From Eledone cirrhosa (lineage: Eukaryota), in the NCBI GenBank assembly GCA_964016885.1, contig OZ024764.1, positions 25,234,001 to 25,298,000 on the forward strand: 64,000 nucleotides of DNA, read 5' to 3'. The translations under genes and the position numbers were made by a program. Below, in pieces: positions 24,301-39,300 of this stretch (positions within the stretch are counted from its first letter, which is position 1; every line of letters begins with the position of its first letter). Under the pieces are notes generated by a model, which worked only from the letters and a program-made list of their open reading frames with translations, did not search any database and was not told the DNA's origin.

Positions 24301-27300
24301 TCTGACAGTAATGTCTACCATATAGGTGGTGCCAGTGGTGGAGGGGGGGAGACAGGAGTTTCTGAGAGTAATGTCTACCATATAGGTGGTGCCAGTGGTG
24401 GAGGGGAGACAGGAGTTTCTGACAGTAATGTCTACCATATAGGTGGTGCCAGTGGTGGAGGGGAGACAGGAGTTTCTGACAGTAATGTCTACCATATAGG
24501 TGGTGCCAGTGGTGGAGGGGGGGCAGGAGTTTCTGACAGTAATGTCTACCATATAGGTGGTGCCAGTGGTGGAGGAGAGACAGGAGTTTCTGACAGTAAT
24601 GTCTACCATATAGGTGGTGCCAGTGGTGGACGGGAGACAGGAGTTTCTGACAGTAATGTCTACCATATAGGTGGTGCCAGTGGTGGAGGGGAGGCAGGAG
24701 TTTCTGACAGTAATGTCTACCATATAGGTGGTGCCAGTGGTGGAGAGGAGACAGGAGTTTCTGACAGTAATGTGTACCATATAGGTGGTGCCAGTGGTGG
24801 AGGGGAGACAGGAGTTTCTGACAGTAATGTCTACCATATAGGTGGTGCCAGTGGTGGACGGGAGACAGGAGTTTCTGACAGTAATGTCTAACATATAGGT
24901 GGTGCCAATGGTGGAGGGGGGACAGGAGTTTCTGACAGTAATGTGTACCATATAGGTGGTGCCAGTGGTGGAGGAGGGGGGACAGGAGTTTCTGACAGTA
25001 ATGTGTACCATATAGGTGGTGCCAGTGGTGGAGGGGAGACAGGAGTTTCTGACAGTAATGTCTACCATATAGGTGGTGCCAATGGTGGAGGGGGGGAGAC
25101 AGGAGTTTCTGACAGTAATGTCTACCATATAGGTGGTGCCAGTGGTGGAGGAGGGGAGACAGGAGTTTCTGACAGTAATGTCTACCATATAGGTGGTGCC
25201 AGTGGTGGAGGGGAGACAGGAGTTTCTGACAGTAATGTCTACCATATAGGTGGTGCCAGTGGTGGAGGGGGGACAGGAGTTTCTGACAGTAATGTCTACC
25301 ATATAGGTGGTGCCAGTGGTGGAGGGGAGACAGGAGTTTCTGACAGTAATGTCTACCATATAGGTGGTGCCAGTGGTGGAGGGGGGACAGGAGTTTCTGA
25401 CAGTAATGTCTACCATATAGGTGGTGCCTGTGGTGGAGGGGGGGGGAGACAGGAGTTTCTGACAGTAATGTGTACCATATAGGTGGTGCCAGTGGTGGAG
25501 GGGAGACAGGAGTTTCTGACAGTAATGTCTACCATATAGGTGGTGCCAGTGGTGGAGGGGAGACAGAAGTTTCTGACAGTAATGTCTACCATATAGGTGG
25601 TGCCAGTGGTGGAGGAGGGGAGACAGGAGTTTCTGACAGTAATGTCTACCATATAGGTGGTGCCAGTGGTGGAGGGGGGGAGACAGGAGTTTCTGACAGT
25701 AATGTCTACCATATAGGTGGTGCCAGTGGTGGAGGGGAGACAGGAGTTTCTGACAGTAATGTCTACCATATAGGTGGTGCCAGTGGTGGAGGGGGGGGGG
25801 GGGGAGACAGGAGTTTCTGACAGTAATGTCTACCATATAGGTGGTGCCAGTGGTGGAGGGGGGGAGACAGGAGTTTCTGACAGTAATGTGTACCATATAG
25901 GTGGTGCCTGTGGTGGAGGGGGGGGAGACAGGAGTTTCTGACAGTAATGTCTACCATATAGGTGGTGCCTGTGGTGGAGGGGGGGGAGACAGGAGTTTCT
26001 GACAGTAATGTCTACCATATAGGTGGTGCCAGTGGTGGAGGGGGGGGAGACAGGAGTTTCTGACAGTAATGTGTACCATATAGGTGGTGCCAGTGGTGGA
26101 GGGGAGACAGGAGTTTCTGACAGTAATGTCTACCATATAGGTGGTGCCAGTGGTGGAGGAGGGGAGACAGGAGTTTCTGACAGTAATGTCTACCATATAG
26201 GTGGTGCCAGTGGTGGAGGGGGGGAGACAGGAGTTTCTGAGAGTAATGTCTACCATATAGGTGGTGCCAGTGGTGGAGGGGAGACAGGAGTTTCTGACAG
26301 TAATGTCTACCATATAGGTGGTGCCAGTGGTGGAGGGGAGACAGGAGTTTCTGACAGTAATGTCTACCATATAGGTGGTGCCAGTGGTGGAGGGGGGGCA
26401 GGAGTTTCTGACAGTAATGTCTACCATATAGGTGGTGCCAGTGGTGGAGGAGAGACAGGAGTTTCTGACAGTAATGTCTACCATATAGGTGGTGCCAGTG
26501 GTGGAGGGGGGGAGACAGGAGTTTCTGACAGTAATGTCTACCATATAGGTGGTGCCAGTGGTGGAGGGGGGAGACAGGAGTTTCTGAGAGTAATGTCTAC
26601 CATATAGGTGGTGCCAGTGGTGGAGGGGAGACAGGAGTTTCTGACAGTAATGTCTACCATATAGGTGGTGCCAGTGGTGGAGGGGGGACAGGAGTTTCTG
26701 ACAGTAATGTCTACCATATAGGTGGTGCCAGTGGTGGAGGAGGGGAGACAGGAGTTTCTGACAGTAATGTCTACCATATAGGTGGTGCCAGTGGTGGAGG
26801 AGAGACAGGAGTTTCTGACAGTAATGTCTACCATATAGGTGGTGCCAGTGGTGGAGGAGGGGAGACAGGAGTTTCTGACAGTAATGTCTACCATATAGGT
26901 GGTGCCAGTGGTGGAGGGGGGGGAGACAGGAGTTTCTGACAGTAATGTCTACCATATAGGTGGTGCCAGTGGTGGAGGGGGGGGAGACAGGAGTTTCTGA
27001 CAGTAATGTATACCATATAGGTGGTGCCAGTGGTGGAGGGCAGACAGGAGTTTCTGACAGTAATGTCTACCATATAGGTGGTGCCAGTGGTGGAGGGGGG
27101 GGAGACAGGAGTTTCTGACAGTAATGTCTACCATATAGGTGGTGCCAGTGGTGGAGGGGGGGAGACAGGAGTTTCTGACAGTAATGTGTACCATATAGGT
27201 GGTGCCTGTGGTGGAGGGGGGGGGGAGACAGGAGTTTCTGACAGTAATGTCTACCATATAGGTGGTGCCTGTGGTGGAGGGGGGGGAGACAGGAGTTTCT

Positions 27301-30300
27301 GACAGTAATGTCTACCATATAGGTGGTGCCAGTGGTGGAGGGGGGGAGACAGGAGTTTCTGAGAGTAATGTGTACCATATAGGTGGTGCCAGTGGTGGAG
27401 GGGAGACAGGAGTTTCTGAGAGTAATGTCTACCATATAGGTGGTGCCAGTGGTGGAGGAGGGGAGACAGGAGTTTCTGACAGTAATGTCTACCATATAGG
27501 TGGTGCCAGTGGTGGAGGGGGGGAGACAGGAGTTTCTGAGAGTAATGTCTACCATATAGGTGGTGCCAGTGGTGGAGGGGTGGAGACAGGAGTTTCTGAC
27601 AGTAATGTCTACCATATAGGTGGTGCCAGTGGTGGAGGGGGGGAGACAGGAGTTTCTGACAGTAATGTCTACCATATAGGTGGTGCCAGTGGTGGAGGGG
27701 GGGAGACAGGAGTTTCTGAGAGTAATGTCTACCATATAGGTGGTGCCAGTGGTGGAGGGGAGACAGGAGTTTCTGACAGTAATGTCTACCATATAGGTGG
27801 TGCCAGTGGTGGAGGGGGGGCAGGAGTTTCTGACAGTAATGTCTACCATATAGGTGGTGCCAGTGGTGGAGGAGAGACAGGAGTTTCTGACAGTAATGTC
27901 TACCATATAGGTGGTGCCAGTGGTGGAGGGGGGGAGACAGGAGTTTCTGACAGTAATGTCTACCATATAGGTGGTGCCAGTGGTGGAGGGGGGGAGACAG
28001 GAGTTTCTGAGAGTAATGTCTACCATATAGGTGGTGCCAGTGGTGGAGGGGGGGAGACAGGAGTTTCTGACAGTAATGTCTACCATATAGGTTGTGCCAG
28101 TGGTGGTGGAGGGGAGACAGGAGTTTCTGACAGTAATGTCTACCATATAGGTGGTGCCAGTGGTGGAGGGGGGGCAGGAGTTTCTGACAGTAATGTCTAC
28201 TATATAGGTGGTGCCCGTGGTGGAGGGGGGGGAGACAGGAGTTTCTGACAGTAATGTCTACCATATAGGTTGTGCCAGTGGTGGTGGAGGGGAGACAGGA
28301 GTTTCTGACAGTAATGTCTACCATATAGGTGGTGCCAGTGGTGGAGGAGGGGAGACAGGAGTTTCTGACAGTAATGTCTACCATATAGGTGGTGCCAGTG
28401 GTGGAGGAGGGGGGACAGGAGTTTCTGACAGTAATGTCTACCATATAGGTGGTGCCAGTGGTGGAGGGGAGGCAGGAGTTTCTGACAGTAATGTCTACCA
28501 TATAGGTGGTGCCAGTGGTGGAGAGGAGACAGGAGTTTCTGACAGTAATGTGTACCATATAGGTGGTGCCAGTGGTGGAGGGGAGACAGGAGTTTCTGAC
28601 AGTAATGTCTACCATATAGGTGGTGCCAGTGGTGGACGGGAGACAGGAGTTTCTGACAGTAATGTCTAACATATAGGTGGTGCCAATGGTGGAGGGGGGA
28701 CAGGAGTTTCTGACAGTAATGTGTACCATATAGGTGGTGCCAGTGGTGGAGGAGGGGGGACAGGAGTTTCTGACAGTAATGTGTACCATATAGGTGGTGC
28801 CAGTGGTGGAGGGGAGACAGGAGTTTCTGACAGTAATGTCTACCATATAGGTGGTGCCAGTGGTGGAGGGGGGGAGACAGGAGTTTCTGACAGTAATGTC
28901 TACCATATAGGTGGTGCCAGTGGTGGAGGAGGGGAGACAGGAGTTTCTGACAGTAATGTCTACCATATAGGTGGTGCCAGTGGTGGAGGGGAGACAGGAG
29001 TTTCTGACAGTAATGTCTACCATATAGGTGGTGCCAGTGGTGGAGGGGGGACAGGAGTTTCTGACAGTAATGTCTACCATATAGGTGGTGCCAGTGGTGG
29101 AGGGGAGACAGGAGTTTCTGACAGTAATGTCTACCATATAGGTGGTGCCAGTGGTGGAGGGGGGACAGGAGTTTCTGACAGTAATGTCTACCATATAGGT
29201 GGTGCCAGTGGTGGAGGGGAGACAGGAGTTTCTGACAGTAATGTCTACCATATAGGTGGTGCCAGTGGTGGAGGGGAGACAGAAGTTTCTGACAGTAATG
29301 TCTACCATATAGGTGGTGCCAGTGGTGGAGGAGGGGAGACAGGAGTTTCTGACAGTAATGTCTACCATATAGGTGGTGCCAGTGGTGGAGGGGGGGGAGA
29401 CAGGAGTTTCTGACAGTAATGTCTACCATATAGGTGGTGCAAGTGGTGGAGGGGAGACAGGAGTTTCTGACAGTAATGTCTACCATATAGGTGGTGCCAG
29501 TGGTGGAGGGGGGGGAGACAGGAGTTTCTGACAGTAATGTCTACCATATAGGTGGTGCCAGTGGTGGAGGGGGGGAGACAGGAGTTTCTGACAGTAATGT
29601 CTACCATATAGGTGGTGCCAGTGGTGGAGGGGGGGGGAGACAGGAGTTTCTGACAGTAATGTCTACCATATAGGTGGTGCCAGTGGTGGAGGGGAGACAG
29701 GAGTTTCTGACAGTAATGTCTACCATATAGGTGGTGCCAGTGGTGGAGGGGGGGGGAGACAGGAGTTTCTGACAGTAATGTCTACCATATAGGTGGTGCC
29801 AGTGGTGGAGGGGGGGAGACAGGAGTTTCTGACAGTAATGTGTACCATATAGGTGGTGCCTGTGGTGGAGGGGGGGAGACAGGAGTTTCTGACAGTAATG
29901 TCTACCATATAGGTGGTGCCTGTGGTGGAGGGGGGGGAGACAGGAGTTTCTGACAGTAATGTCTACCATATAGGTGGTGCCAGTGGTGGAGGGGGGGGGG
30001 GGGGAGACAGGAGTTTCTGACAGTAATGTGTACCATATAGGTGGTGCCAGTGGTGGAGGGGAGACAGGAGTTTCTGACAGTAATGTCTACCATATAGGTG
30101 GTGCCAGTGGTGGAGGAGGGGAGACAGGAGTTTCTGACAGTAATGTCTACCATATAGGTGGTGCCAGTGGTGGAGGGGGGGAGACAGGAGTTTCTGAGAG
30201 TAATGTCTACCATATAGGTGGTGCCAGTGGTGGAGGGGAGACAGGAGTTTCTGACAGTAATGTCTACCATATAGGTGGTGCCAGTGGTGGAGGGGAGACA

Positions 30301-33300
30301 GGAGTTTCTGACAGTAATGTCTACCATATAGGTGGTGCCAGTGGTGGAGGGGGGGCAGGAGTTTCTGACAGTAATGTCTACCATATAGGTGGTGCCAGTG
30401 GTGGAGGAGAGACAGGAGTTTCTGACAGTAATGTCTACCATATAGGTGGTGCCAGTGGTGGAGGGGGGGAGACAGGAGTTTCTGACAGTAATGTCTACCA
30501 TATAGGTGGTGCCAGTGGTGGAGGGGGGGAGACAGGAGTTTCTGAGAGTAATGTCTACCATATAGGTGGTGCCAGTGGTGGAGGGGAGACAGGAGTTTCT
30601 GACAGTAATGTCTACCATATAGGTGGTGCCAGTGGTGGAGGGGGGACAGGAGTTTCTGACAGTAATGTCTACCATATAGGTGGTGCCAGTGGTGGAGGAG
30701 GGGAGACAGGAGTTTCTGACAGTAATGTCTACCATATAGGTGGTGCCAGTGGTGGAGGAGGGGAGACAGGAGTTTCTGACAGTAATGTCTACCATATAGG
30801 TGGTGCCAGTGGTGGAGGAGGGGAGACAGGAGTTTCTGACAGTAATGTCTACCATATAGGTGATGCCAGTGGTGGAGGGGGGGCAGGAGTTTCTGACAGT
30901 AATGTCTACTATATAGGTGGTGCCAGTGGTGGATGGGGGGGAGACAGGAGTTTCTGACAGTAATGTCTACCATATAGGTTGTGCCAGTGGTGGTGGAGGG
31001 GAGACAGGAGTTTCTGACAGTAATGTCTACCATATAGGTGGTGCCAGTGGTGGAGGAGGGGAGACAGGAGTTTCTGACAGTAATGTCTACCATATAGGTG
31101 GTGCCAGTGGTGGAGGAGGGGGGACAGGAGTTTCTGACAGTAATGTCTACCATATAGGTGGTACCAGTGGTGGAGGAGGGGAGACAGGAGTTTCTGACAG
31201 TAATGTCTACCATATAGGTGGTGCCAGTGGTGGAGGAGGGGGGACAGGAGTTTCTGACAGTAATGTCTACCATATAGGTGGTACCAGTGGTGGAGGAGGG
31301 GAGACAGGAGTTTCTGACAGTAATGTCTACCATATAGGTGGTGCCAGTGGTGGACGGGAGACAGGAGTTTCTGACAGTAATGTCTAACATATAGGTGGTG
31401 CCAATGGTGGAGGGGGGACAGGAGTTTCTGACAGTAATGTGTACCATATAGGTGGTGCCAGTGGTGGAGGAGGGGGGACAGGAGTTTCTGACAGTAATGT
31501 GTACCATATAGGTGGTGCCAGTGGTGGAGGGGAGACAGGAGTTTCTGACAGTAATGTCTACCATATAGGTGGTGCCAGTGATGGAGGGGGGGGGGGAGAC
31601 AGGAGTTTCTGACAGTAATGTGTACCATATAGGTGGTGCCAATGGTGGAGGGGGGACAGGTGTTTCTGACAGTAATGTCTACCATATAGGTGGTGCCAGT
31701 GGTGGAGGGGGGACAGGAGTTTCTGACAGTAATGTCTACCATATAGGTGGTGCCAGTGGTGGAGGAAGGGACAGGAGTTTCTGACAGTAATGTCTACCAT
31801 ATAGGTGGTGCCAATGGTGGAGGGGGGACAGGAGTTTCTGACAGTAATGTCTACCATATAGGTGGTGCCAATGGTGGAGGGGGGACAGGAGTTTCTGACA
31901 GTAATGTCTACCATATAGGTGGTGCCAGTGGTGGAGGGGGGACAGGAGTTTCTGACAGTAATGTGTACCATATAGGTGGTGCCAGTGGTGGAGGAGGGGG
32001 GACAGGAGTTTCTGACAGTAATGTGTACCATATAGGTGGTGCCAGTGGTGGAGGGGGGACAGGAGTTTCTGACAGTAATGTCTACCATATAGGTGGTGCC
32101 AGTGGTGGAGGGGAGACAGGAGTTTCTGACAGTAATGTCTACCATATAGGTGGTGCCAGTGGTGGAGGGGGGGGGAGACAGGAGTTTCTGACAGTAATGT
32201 CTACCATATAGGTGGTGCCAGTGGTGGAGGAGAGACAGGAGTTTCTGACAGTAATGTGTACCATATAGGTGGTGCCAGTGATGGAGGGGAGACAGGAGTT
32301 TCTGACAGTAATGTCTACCATATAGGTGGTGCCAGTGATGGAGGGGAGACAGGAGTTTCTGACAGTAATGTGTACCATATAGGTGGTGCCAGTGATGGAG
32401 GGGAGACAGGAGTTTCTGACAGTAATGTGTACCATATAGATGGTGCCAGTGATGGAGGGGAGACAGGAGTTTCTGACAGTAATGTCTACCATATAGGTGG
32501 GGCCAGTGGTGGAGGAGGGGAGACAGGAGTTTCTGACAGTAATGTCTACCATATAGGTGGTGCCAGTGATGGAGGGGAGACAGGAGTTTCTGACAGTAAT
32601 GTCTACCATATAGGTGGTGCCAGTGGTGGAGGGGAGACAGGAGTTTCTGACAGTAATGTCTACCATATAGGTGGATGCCAGTGGTGGAGGGGGGACAGGA
32701 GTTTCTGACAGTAATGTCTACCATATAGGTGGTGCCAGTGGTGGAGGAAGGGACAGGAGTTTCTGACAGTAATGTCTACCATATAGGTGGTGCCAATGGT
32801 GGAGGGGGGACAGGAGTTTCTGACAGTAATGTCTACCATATAGGTGGTGCCAATGGTGGAGGGGGGACAGGAGTTTCTGACAGTAATGTCTACCATATAG
32901 GTGGTGCCAGTGGTGGAGGGGGGACAGGAGTTTCTGACAGTAATGTGTACCATATAGGTGGTGCCAGTGGTGGAGGAGGGGGGACAGGAGTTTCTGACAG
33001 TAATGTGTACCATATAGGTGGTGCCAGTGGTGGAGGGGGGACAGGAGTTTCTGACAGTAATGTCTACCATATAGGTGGTGCCAGTGGTGGAGGGGAGACA
33101 GGAGTTTCTGACAGTAATGTCTACCATATAGGTGGTGCCAGTGGTGGAGGGGGGGGGGGGGGGGAGACAGGAGTTTCTGACAGTAATGTGTACCATATAG
33201 GTGGTGCCAGTGGTGGAGGAGAGACAGGAGTTTCTGACAGTAATGTGTACCATATAGGTGGTGCCAGTGATGGAGGGGAGACAGGAGTTTCTGACAGTAA

Positions 33301-36300
33301 TGTCTACCATATAGGTGGTGCCAGTGATGGAGGGGAGACAGGAGTTTCTGACAGTAATGTGTACCATATAGGTGGTGCCAGTGATGGAGGGGAGACAGGA
33401 GTTTCTGACAGTAATGTGTACCATATAGATGGTGCCAGTGATGGAGGGGAGACAGGAGTTTCTGACAGTAATGTCTACCATATAGGTGGTGCCAGTGGTG
33501 GAGGAGAGACAGGAGTTTCTGACAGTAATGTCTACCATATAGGTGGTGCCAGTGATGGAGGGGAGACAGGAGTTTCTGACAGTAATGTCTACCATATAGG
33601 TGGTGCCAGTGGTGGAGGGGAGACAGGAGTTTCTGACAGTAATGTCTACCATATAGGTGGTGCCAGTGGTGGAGGGGAGACAGGAGTTTCTGACAGTGAT
33701 GTCTACCATATAGGTGGTGCCAGTGGTGGAGGGGAGGCAGGAGTTTCTGACAGTAATGTCTACCATATAGGTGGTGCCAGTGGTGGAGGAGGGGAGACAG
33801 GAGTTTCTGACAGTAATGTCTACCATATAGGTGGTGCCAGTGGTGGAGGAGGGGAGACAGGAGTTTCTGACAGTAATGTCTACCATATAGGTGGTGCCAG
33901 TGGTGGAGGAGGGGGGACAGGAGTTTCTGACAGTAATGTCTACCATATAGGTGGTGCCAGTGGTGGAGGGGGGACAGGAGTTTCTGACAGTAATGTCTAC
34001 CATATAGGTGGTGCCAGTGGTGGAGGGGGGACAGGAGTTTCTGACAGTAATGTCTACCATATAGGTGGTGCCAGTGGTGGAGAAGGGGAGACAGGAGTTT
34101 CTGACAGTAATGTCTACCATATAGGTGGTGCCAGTGGTGGAGGGGGGACAGGAGTTTCTGACAGTAATGTCTACCATATAGGTGGTGCCAGTGGTGGAGG
34201 AGAGACAGGAGTTTCTGACAGTAATGTCTACCATATAGGTGGTGCCAGTGGTGGAGGAGGGGAGACAGGAGTTTCTGTCAGTAATGTCTACCATATAGGT
34301 GGTGCCAGTGGAGGAGGGGGGGAGACAGGAGTTTCTGTCAGTAATGTCTACCATATAGGTGGTGCCAGTGGTGGAGGAGGGGAGACAGGAGTTTCTGACA
34401 GTAATGTCTACCATATAGGTGGTGCCAGTGGTGGAGAGGAGACAGGAGTTTCTGACAGTAATGTCTACCATATAGGTGGTGCCAGTGGTGGAGGGGAGAC
34501 AGGAGTTTCTGACAGTAATGTCTACCATATAGGTGGTGCCAGTGGTGGAGGGGAGACAGGAGTTTCTGACAGTAATGTCTACCATATAGGTGGTGCCAGT
34601 GGTGGAGGGGAGACAGGAGTTTCTGACAGTAATGTGTACCATATAGGTGGTACCAGCGGTGGAGGGGAGACAGGAGTTTCTGACAGTAATGTGTACCATA
34701 TAGATGGTGCCAGTGGTGGAGGGGGGGAGACAGGAGTTTCTGACAGTAATGTGTACCATATAGGTGGTGCCAGTGGTGTAGAGGAGACAGGAGTTTCTGA
34801 CAGTAATGTCTACCATATAGGTGGTGCCAGTGGTGGAGGGGAGACAGGAGTTTCTGACAGTAATGTCTACCATATAGGTGGTGCCAGTGGTGAAGGGGAG
34901 ACAGGAGTTTCTGACAGTAATGTGTACCATATAGGTGGTACCAGCGGTGGAGGGGAGACAGGAGTTTCTGACAGTAATGTGTACCATATAGGTGGTGCCA
35001 GTGGTGGAGGGGGGACAGGAGTTTCTGACAGTAATGTGTACCATATAGGTGGTGCCCAGTGGTGGAGGAGGGGAGACAGGAGTTTCTGTCAGTAATGTCT
35101 ACCATATAGGTGGTGCCAGTGGTGGAGGGGAGACAGGAGTTTCTGACAGTAATGTCTACCATATAGGTGGTGCCAGTGGTGGAGGAGGGGAGACAGGAGT
35201 TTCTGTCAGTAATGTCTACCATATAGGTGCTGCCAGTGGTGGAGGGGGGGAGACAGGAGTTTCTGTCAGTAATGTCTACCATATAGGTGGTGCCAGTGGT
35301 GGAGGGGAGGCAGGAGTTTCTGACAGTAATGTCTACCATATAGGTGGTGCCAGTGGTGGAGGGGAGGCAGGAGTTTCTGACAGTAATGTCTACCATATAG
35401 GTGGTGCCAGTGGTGGAGGGGAGACAGGAGTTTCTGACAGTAATGTCTACCATATAGGTGGTGCCAGTGGTGGAGGGGAGACAGGAGTTTCTGACAGTAA
35501 TGTCTACCATATAGGTGGTGCCAGTGGTGGAGGGGAGGCAGGAGTTTCTGACAGTAATGTCTACCATATAGGTGGTGCCAGTGGTGGAGGGGAGGCAGGA
35601 GTTTCTGACAGTAATGTCTACCATATACATGGTGCCAGTGGTGGAGGGGAGACAGGAGTTTCTGACAGTAATGTCTACCATATAGGTGGTGCCAGTGGTG
35701 GAGGGGAGACAGGAGTTTCTGACAGTAATGTCTACCATATAGGTGGTGCCAGTGGTGGAGGGGGGGAGACAGGAGTTTCTGACAGTAATGTGTACCATAT
35801 AGGTGGTGCCAGTGGTGGAGGGGGGGAGACAGGAGTTTCTGACAGTAATGTGTACCATATAGGTGGTGCCAGTGGTGGAGGAGGGGAGACAGGAGTTTCT
35901 GACAGTAATGTCTACCATATAGGTGGTGCCAGTGGTGGAGGGGGGACAGGAGTTTCTGACAGTAATGTCTACCATATAGGTGGTGCCAGTGGTGGAGGAG
36001 AGACAGGAGTTTCTGACAGTAATGTCTACCATATAGGTGGTGCCAGTGGTGGAGGAGGGGAGACAGGTGTTTCTGTCAGTAATGTCTACCATATAGGTGG
36101 TGCCAGTGGAGGAGGGGGGGAGACAGGAGTTTCTGTCAGTAATGTCTACCATACAGGTGGTGCCAGTGGTGGAGGAGGGGAGACAGGAGTTTCTGACAGT
36201 AATGTCTACCATATAGGTGGTGCCAGTGGTGGAGAGGAGACAGGAGTTTCTGACAGTAATGTCTACCATATAGGTGGTGCCAGTGGTGGAGGGGAGACAG

Positions 36301-39300
36301 GAGTTTCTGACAGTAATGTCTACCATATAGGTGGTGCCAGTGGTGGAGGGGAGACAGGAGTTTCTGACAGTAATGTCTACCATATAGGTGGTGCCAGTGG
36401 TGGAGGGGAGACAGGAGTTTCTGACAGTAATGTGTACCATATAGGTGGTACCAGCGGTGGAGGGGAGACAGGAGTTTCTGACAGTAATGTGTACCATATA
36501 GGTGGTGCCAGTGGTGTAGAGGAGACAGGAGTTTCTGACAGTAATGTCTACCATATAGGTGGTGCCAGTGGTGGAGGGGAGACAGGAGTTTCTGACAGTA
36601 ATGTCTACCATATAGGTGGTGCCAGTGGTGAAGGGGAGACAGGAGTTTCTGACAGTAATGTGTACCATATAGGTGGTACCAGCGGTGGAGGGGAGACAGG
36701 AGTTTCTGACAGTAATGTGTACCATATAGGTGGTGCCAGTGGTGGAGGAGGGGAGACAGGAGTTTCTGTCAGTAATGTCTACCATATAGGTGGTGCCAGT
36801 GGTGGAGGGGGGGAGACAGGAGTTTCTGACAGTAATGTCTACCATATAGGTGGTGCCAGTGGTGGAGAGGAGACAGGAGTTTCTGACAGTAATGTGTACC
36901 ATATAGGTGGTGCCAGTGGTGGAGGGGAGACAGGAGTTTCTGACAGTAATGTCTACCATATAGGTGGTGCCAGTGGTGGACGGGAGACAGGAGTTTCTGA
37001 CAGTAATGTCTAACATATAGGTGGTGCCAATGGTGGAGGGGGGACAGGAGTTTCTGACAGTAATGTGTACCATATAGGTGGTGCCAGTGGTGGAGGAGGG
37101 GGGACAGGAGTTTCTGACAGTAATGTGTACCATATAGGTGGTGCCAGTGGTGGAGGGGAGACAGGAGTTTCTGACAGTAATGTCTACCATATAGGTGGTG
37201 CCAGTGGTGGAGGGGGGGAGACAGGAGTTTCTGACAGTAATGTCTACCATATAGGTGGTGCCAGTGGTGGAGGAGGGGAGACAGGAGTTTCTGACAGTAA
37301 TGTCTACCATATAGGTGGTGCCAGTGGTGGAGAGGAGACAGGAGTTTCTGACAGTAATGTCTACCATATAGGTGGTGCCAGTGGTGGAGGGGGGACAGGA
37401 GTTTCTGACAGTAATGTCTACCATATAGGTGGTGCCAGTGGTGGAGGGGAGACAGGAGTTTCTGACAGTAATGTCTACCATATAGGTGGTGCCAGTGGTG
37501 GAGGGGGGACAGGAGTTTCTGACAGTAATGTCTACCATATAGGTGGTGCCAGTGGTGGAGGGGAGACAGGAGTTTCTGACAGTAATGTCTACCATATAGG
37601 TGGTGCCAGTGGTGGAGGGGAGACAGAAGTTTCTGACAGTAATGTCTACCATATAGGTGGTGCCAGTGGTGGAGGAGGGGAGACAGGAGTTTCTGACAGT
37701 AATGTCTACCATATAGGTGGTGCCAGTGGTGGAGGGGGGGGAGACAGGAGTTTCTGACAGTAATGTCTACCATATAGGTGGTGCAAGTGGTGGAGGGGAG
37801 ACAGGAGTTTCTGACAGTAATGTCTACCATATAGGTGGTGCCAGTGGTGGAGGGGGGGGAGACAGGAGTTTCTGACAGTAATGTCTACCATATAGGTGGT
37901 GCCAGTGGTGGAGGGGGGGAGACAGGAGTTTCTGACAGTAATGTCTACCATATAGGTGGTGCCAGTGGTGGAGGGGGGGGGAGACAGGAGTTTCTGACAG
38001 TAATGTCTACCATATAGGTGGTGCCAGTGGTGGAGGGGGAGACAGGAGTTTCTGACAGTAATGTCTACCATATAGGTGGTGCCAGTGGTGGAGGGGGGGG
38101 AGACAGGAGTTTCTGACAGTAATGTCTACCATATAGGTGGTGCCAGTGGTGGAGGGGGGGAGACAGGAGTTTCTGACAGTAATGTGTACCATATAGGTGG
38201 TGCCTGTGGTGGAGGGGGGGAGACAGGAGTTTCTGACAGTAATGTCTACCATATAGGTGGTGCCTGTGGTGGAGGGGGGGGAGACAGGAGTTTCTGACAG
38301 TAATGTCTACCATATAGGTGGTGCCAGTGGTGGAGGGGGGGGGGGGGGGGAGACAGGAGTTTCTGACAGTAATGTGTACCATATAGGTGGTGCCAGTGGT
38401 GGAGGGGGAGACAGGAGTTTCTGACAGTAATGTCTACCATATAGGTGGTGCCAGTGGTGGAGGAGGGGAGACAGGAGTTTCTGACAGTAATGTCTACCAT
38501 ATAGGTGGTGCCAGTGGTGGAGGGGGGGAGACAGGAGTTTCTGAGAGTAATGTCTACCATATAGGTGGTGCCAGTGGTGGAGGGGAGACAGGAGTTTCTG
38601 ACAGTAATGTCTACCATATAGGTGGTGCCAGTGGTGGAGGGGAGACAGGAGTTTCTGACAGTAATGTCTACCATATAGGTGGTGCCAGTGGTGGAGGGGG
38701 GGCAGGAGTTTCTGACAGTAATGTCTACCATATAGGTGGTGCCAGTGGTGGAGGAGAGACAGGAGTTTCTGACAGTAATGTCTACCATATAGGTGGTGCC
38801 AGTGGTGGAGGGGGGGAGACAGGAGTTTCTGACAGTAATGTCTACCATATAGGTGGTGCCAGTGGTGGAGGGGGGGAGACAGGAGTTTCTGAGAGTAATG
38901 TCTACCATATAGGTGGTGCCAGTGGTGGAGGGGAGACAGGAGTTTCTGACAGTAATGTCTACCATATAGGTGGTGCCAGTGGTGGAGGGGGGACAGGAGT
39001 TTCTGACAGTAATGTCTACCATATAGGTGGTGCCAGTGGTGGAGGAGGGGAGACAGGAGTTTCTGACAGTAATGTCTACCATATAGGTGGTGCCAGTGGT
39101 GGAGGAGGGGAGACAGGAGTTTCTGACAGTAATGTCTACCATATAGGTGGTGCCAGTGGTGGAGGAGGGGAGACAGGAGTTTCTGACAGTAATGTCTACC
39201 ATATAGGTGATGCCAGTGGTGGAGGGGGGGCAGGAGTTTCTGACAGTAATGTCTACTATATAGGTGGTGCCAGTGGTGGATGGGGGGGAGACAGGAGTTT

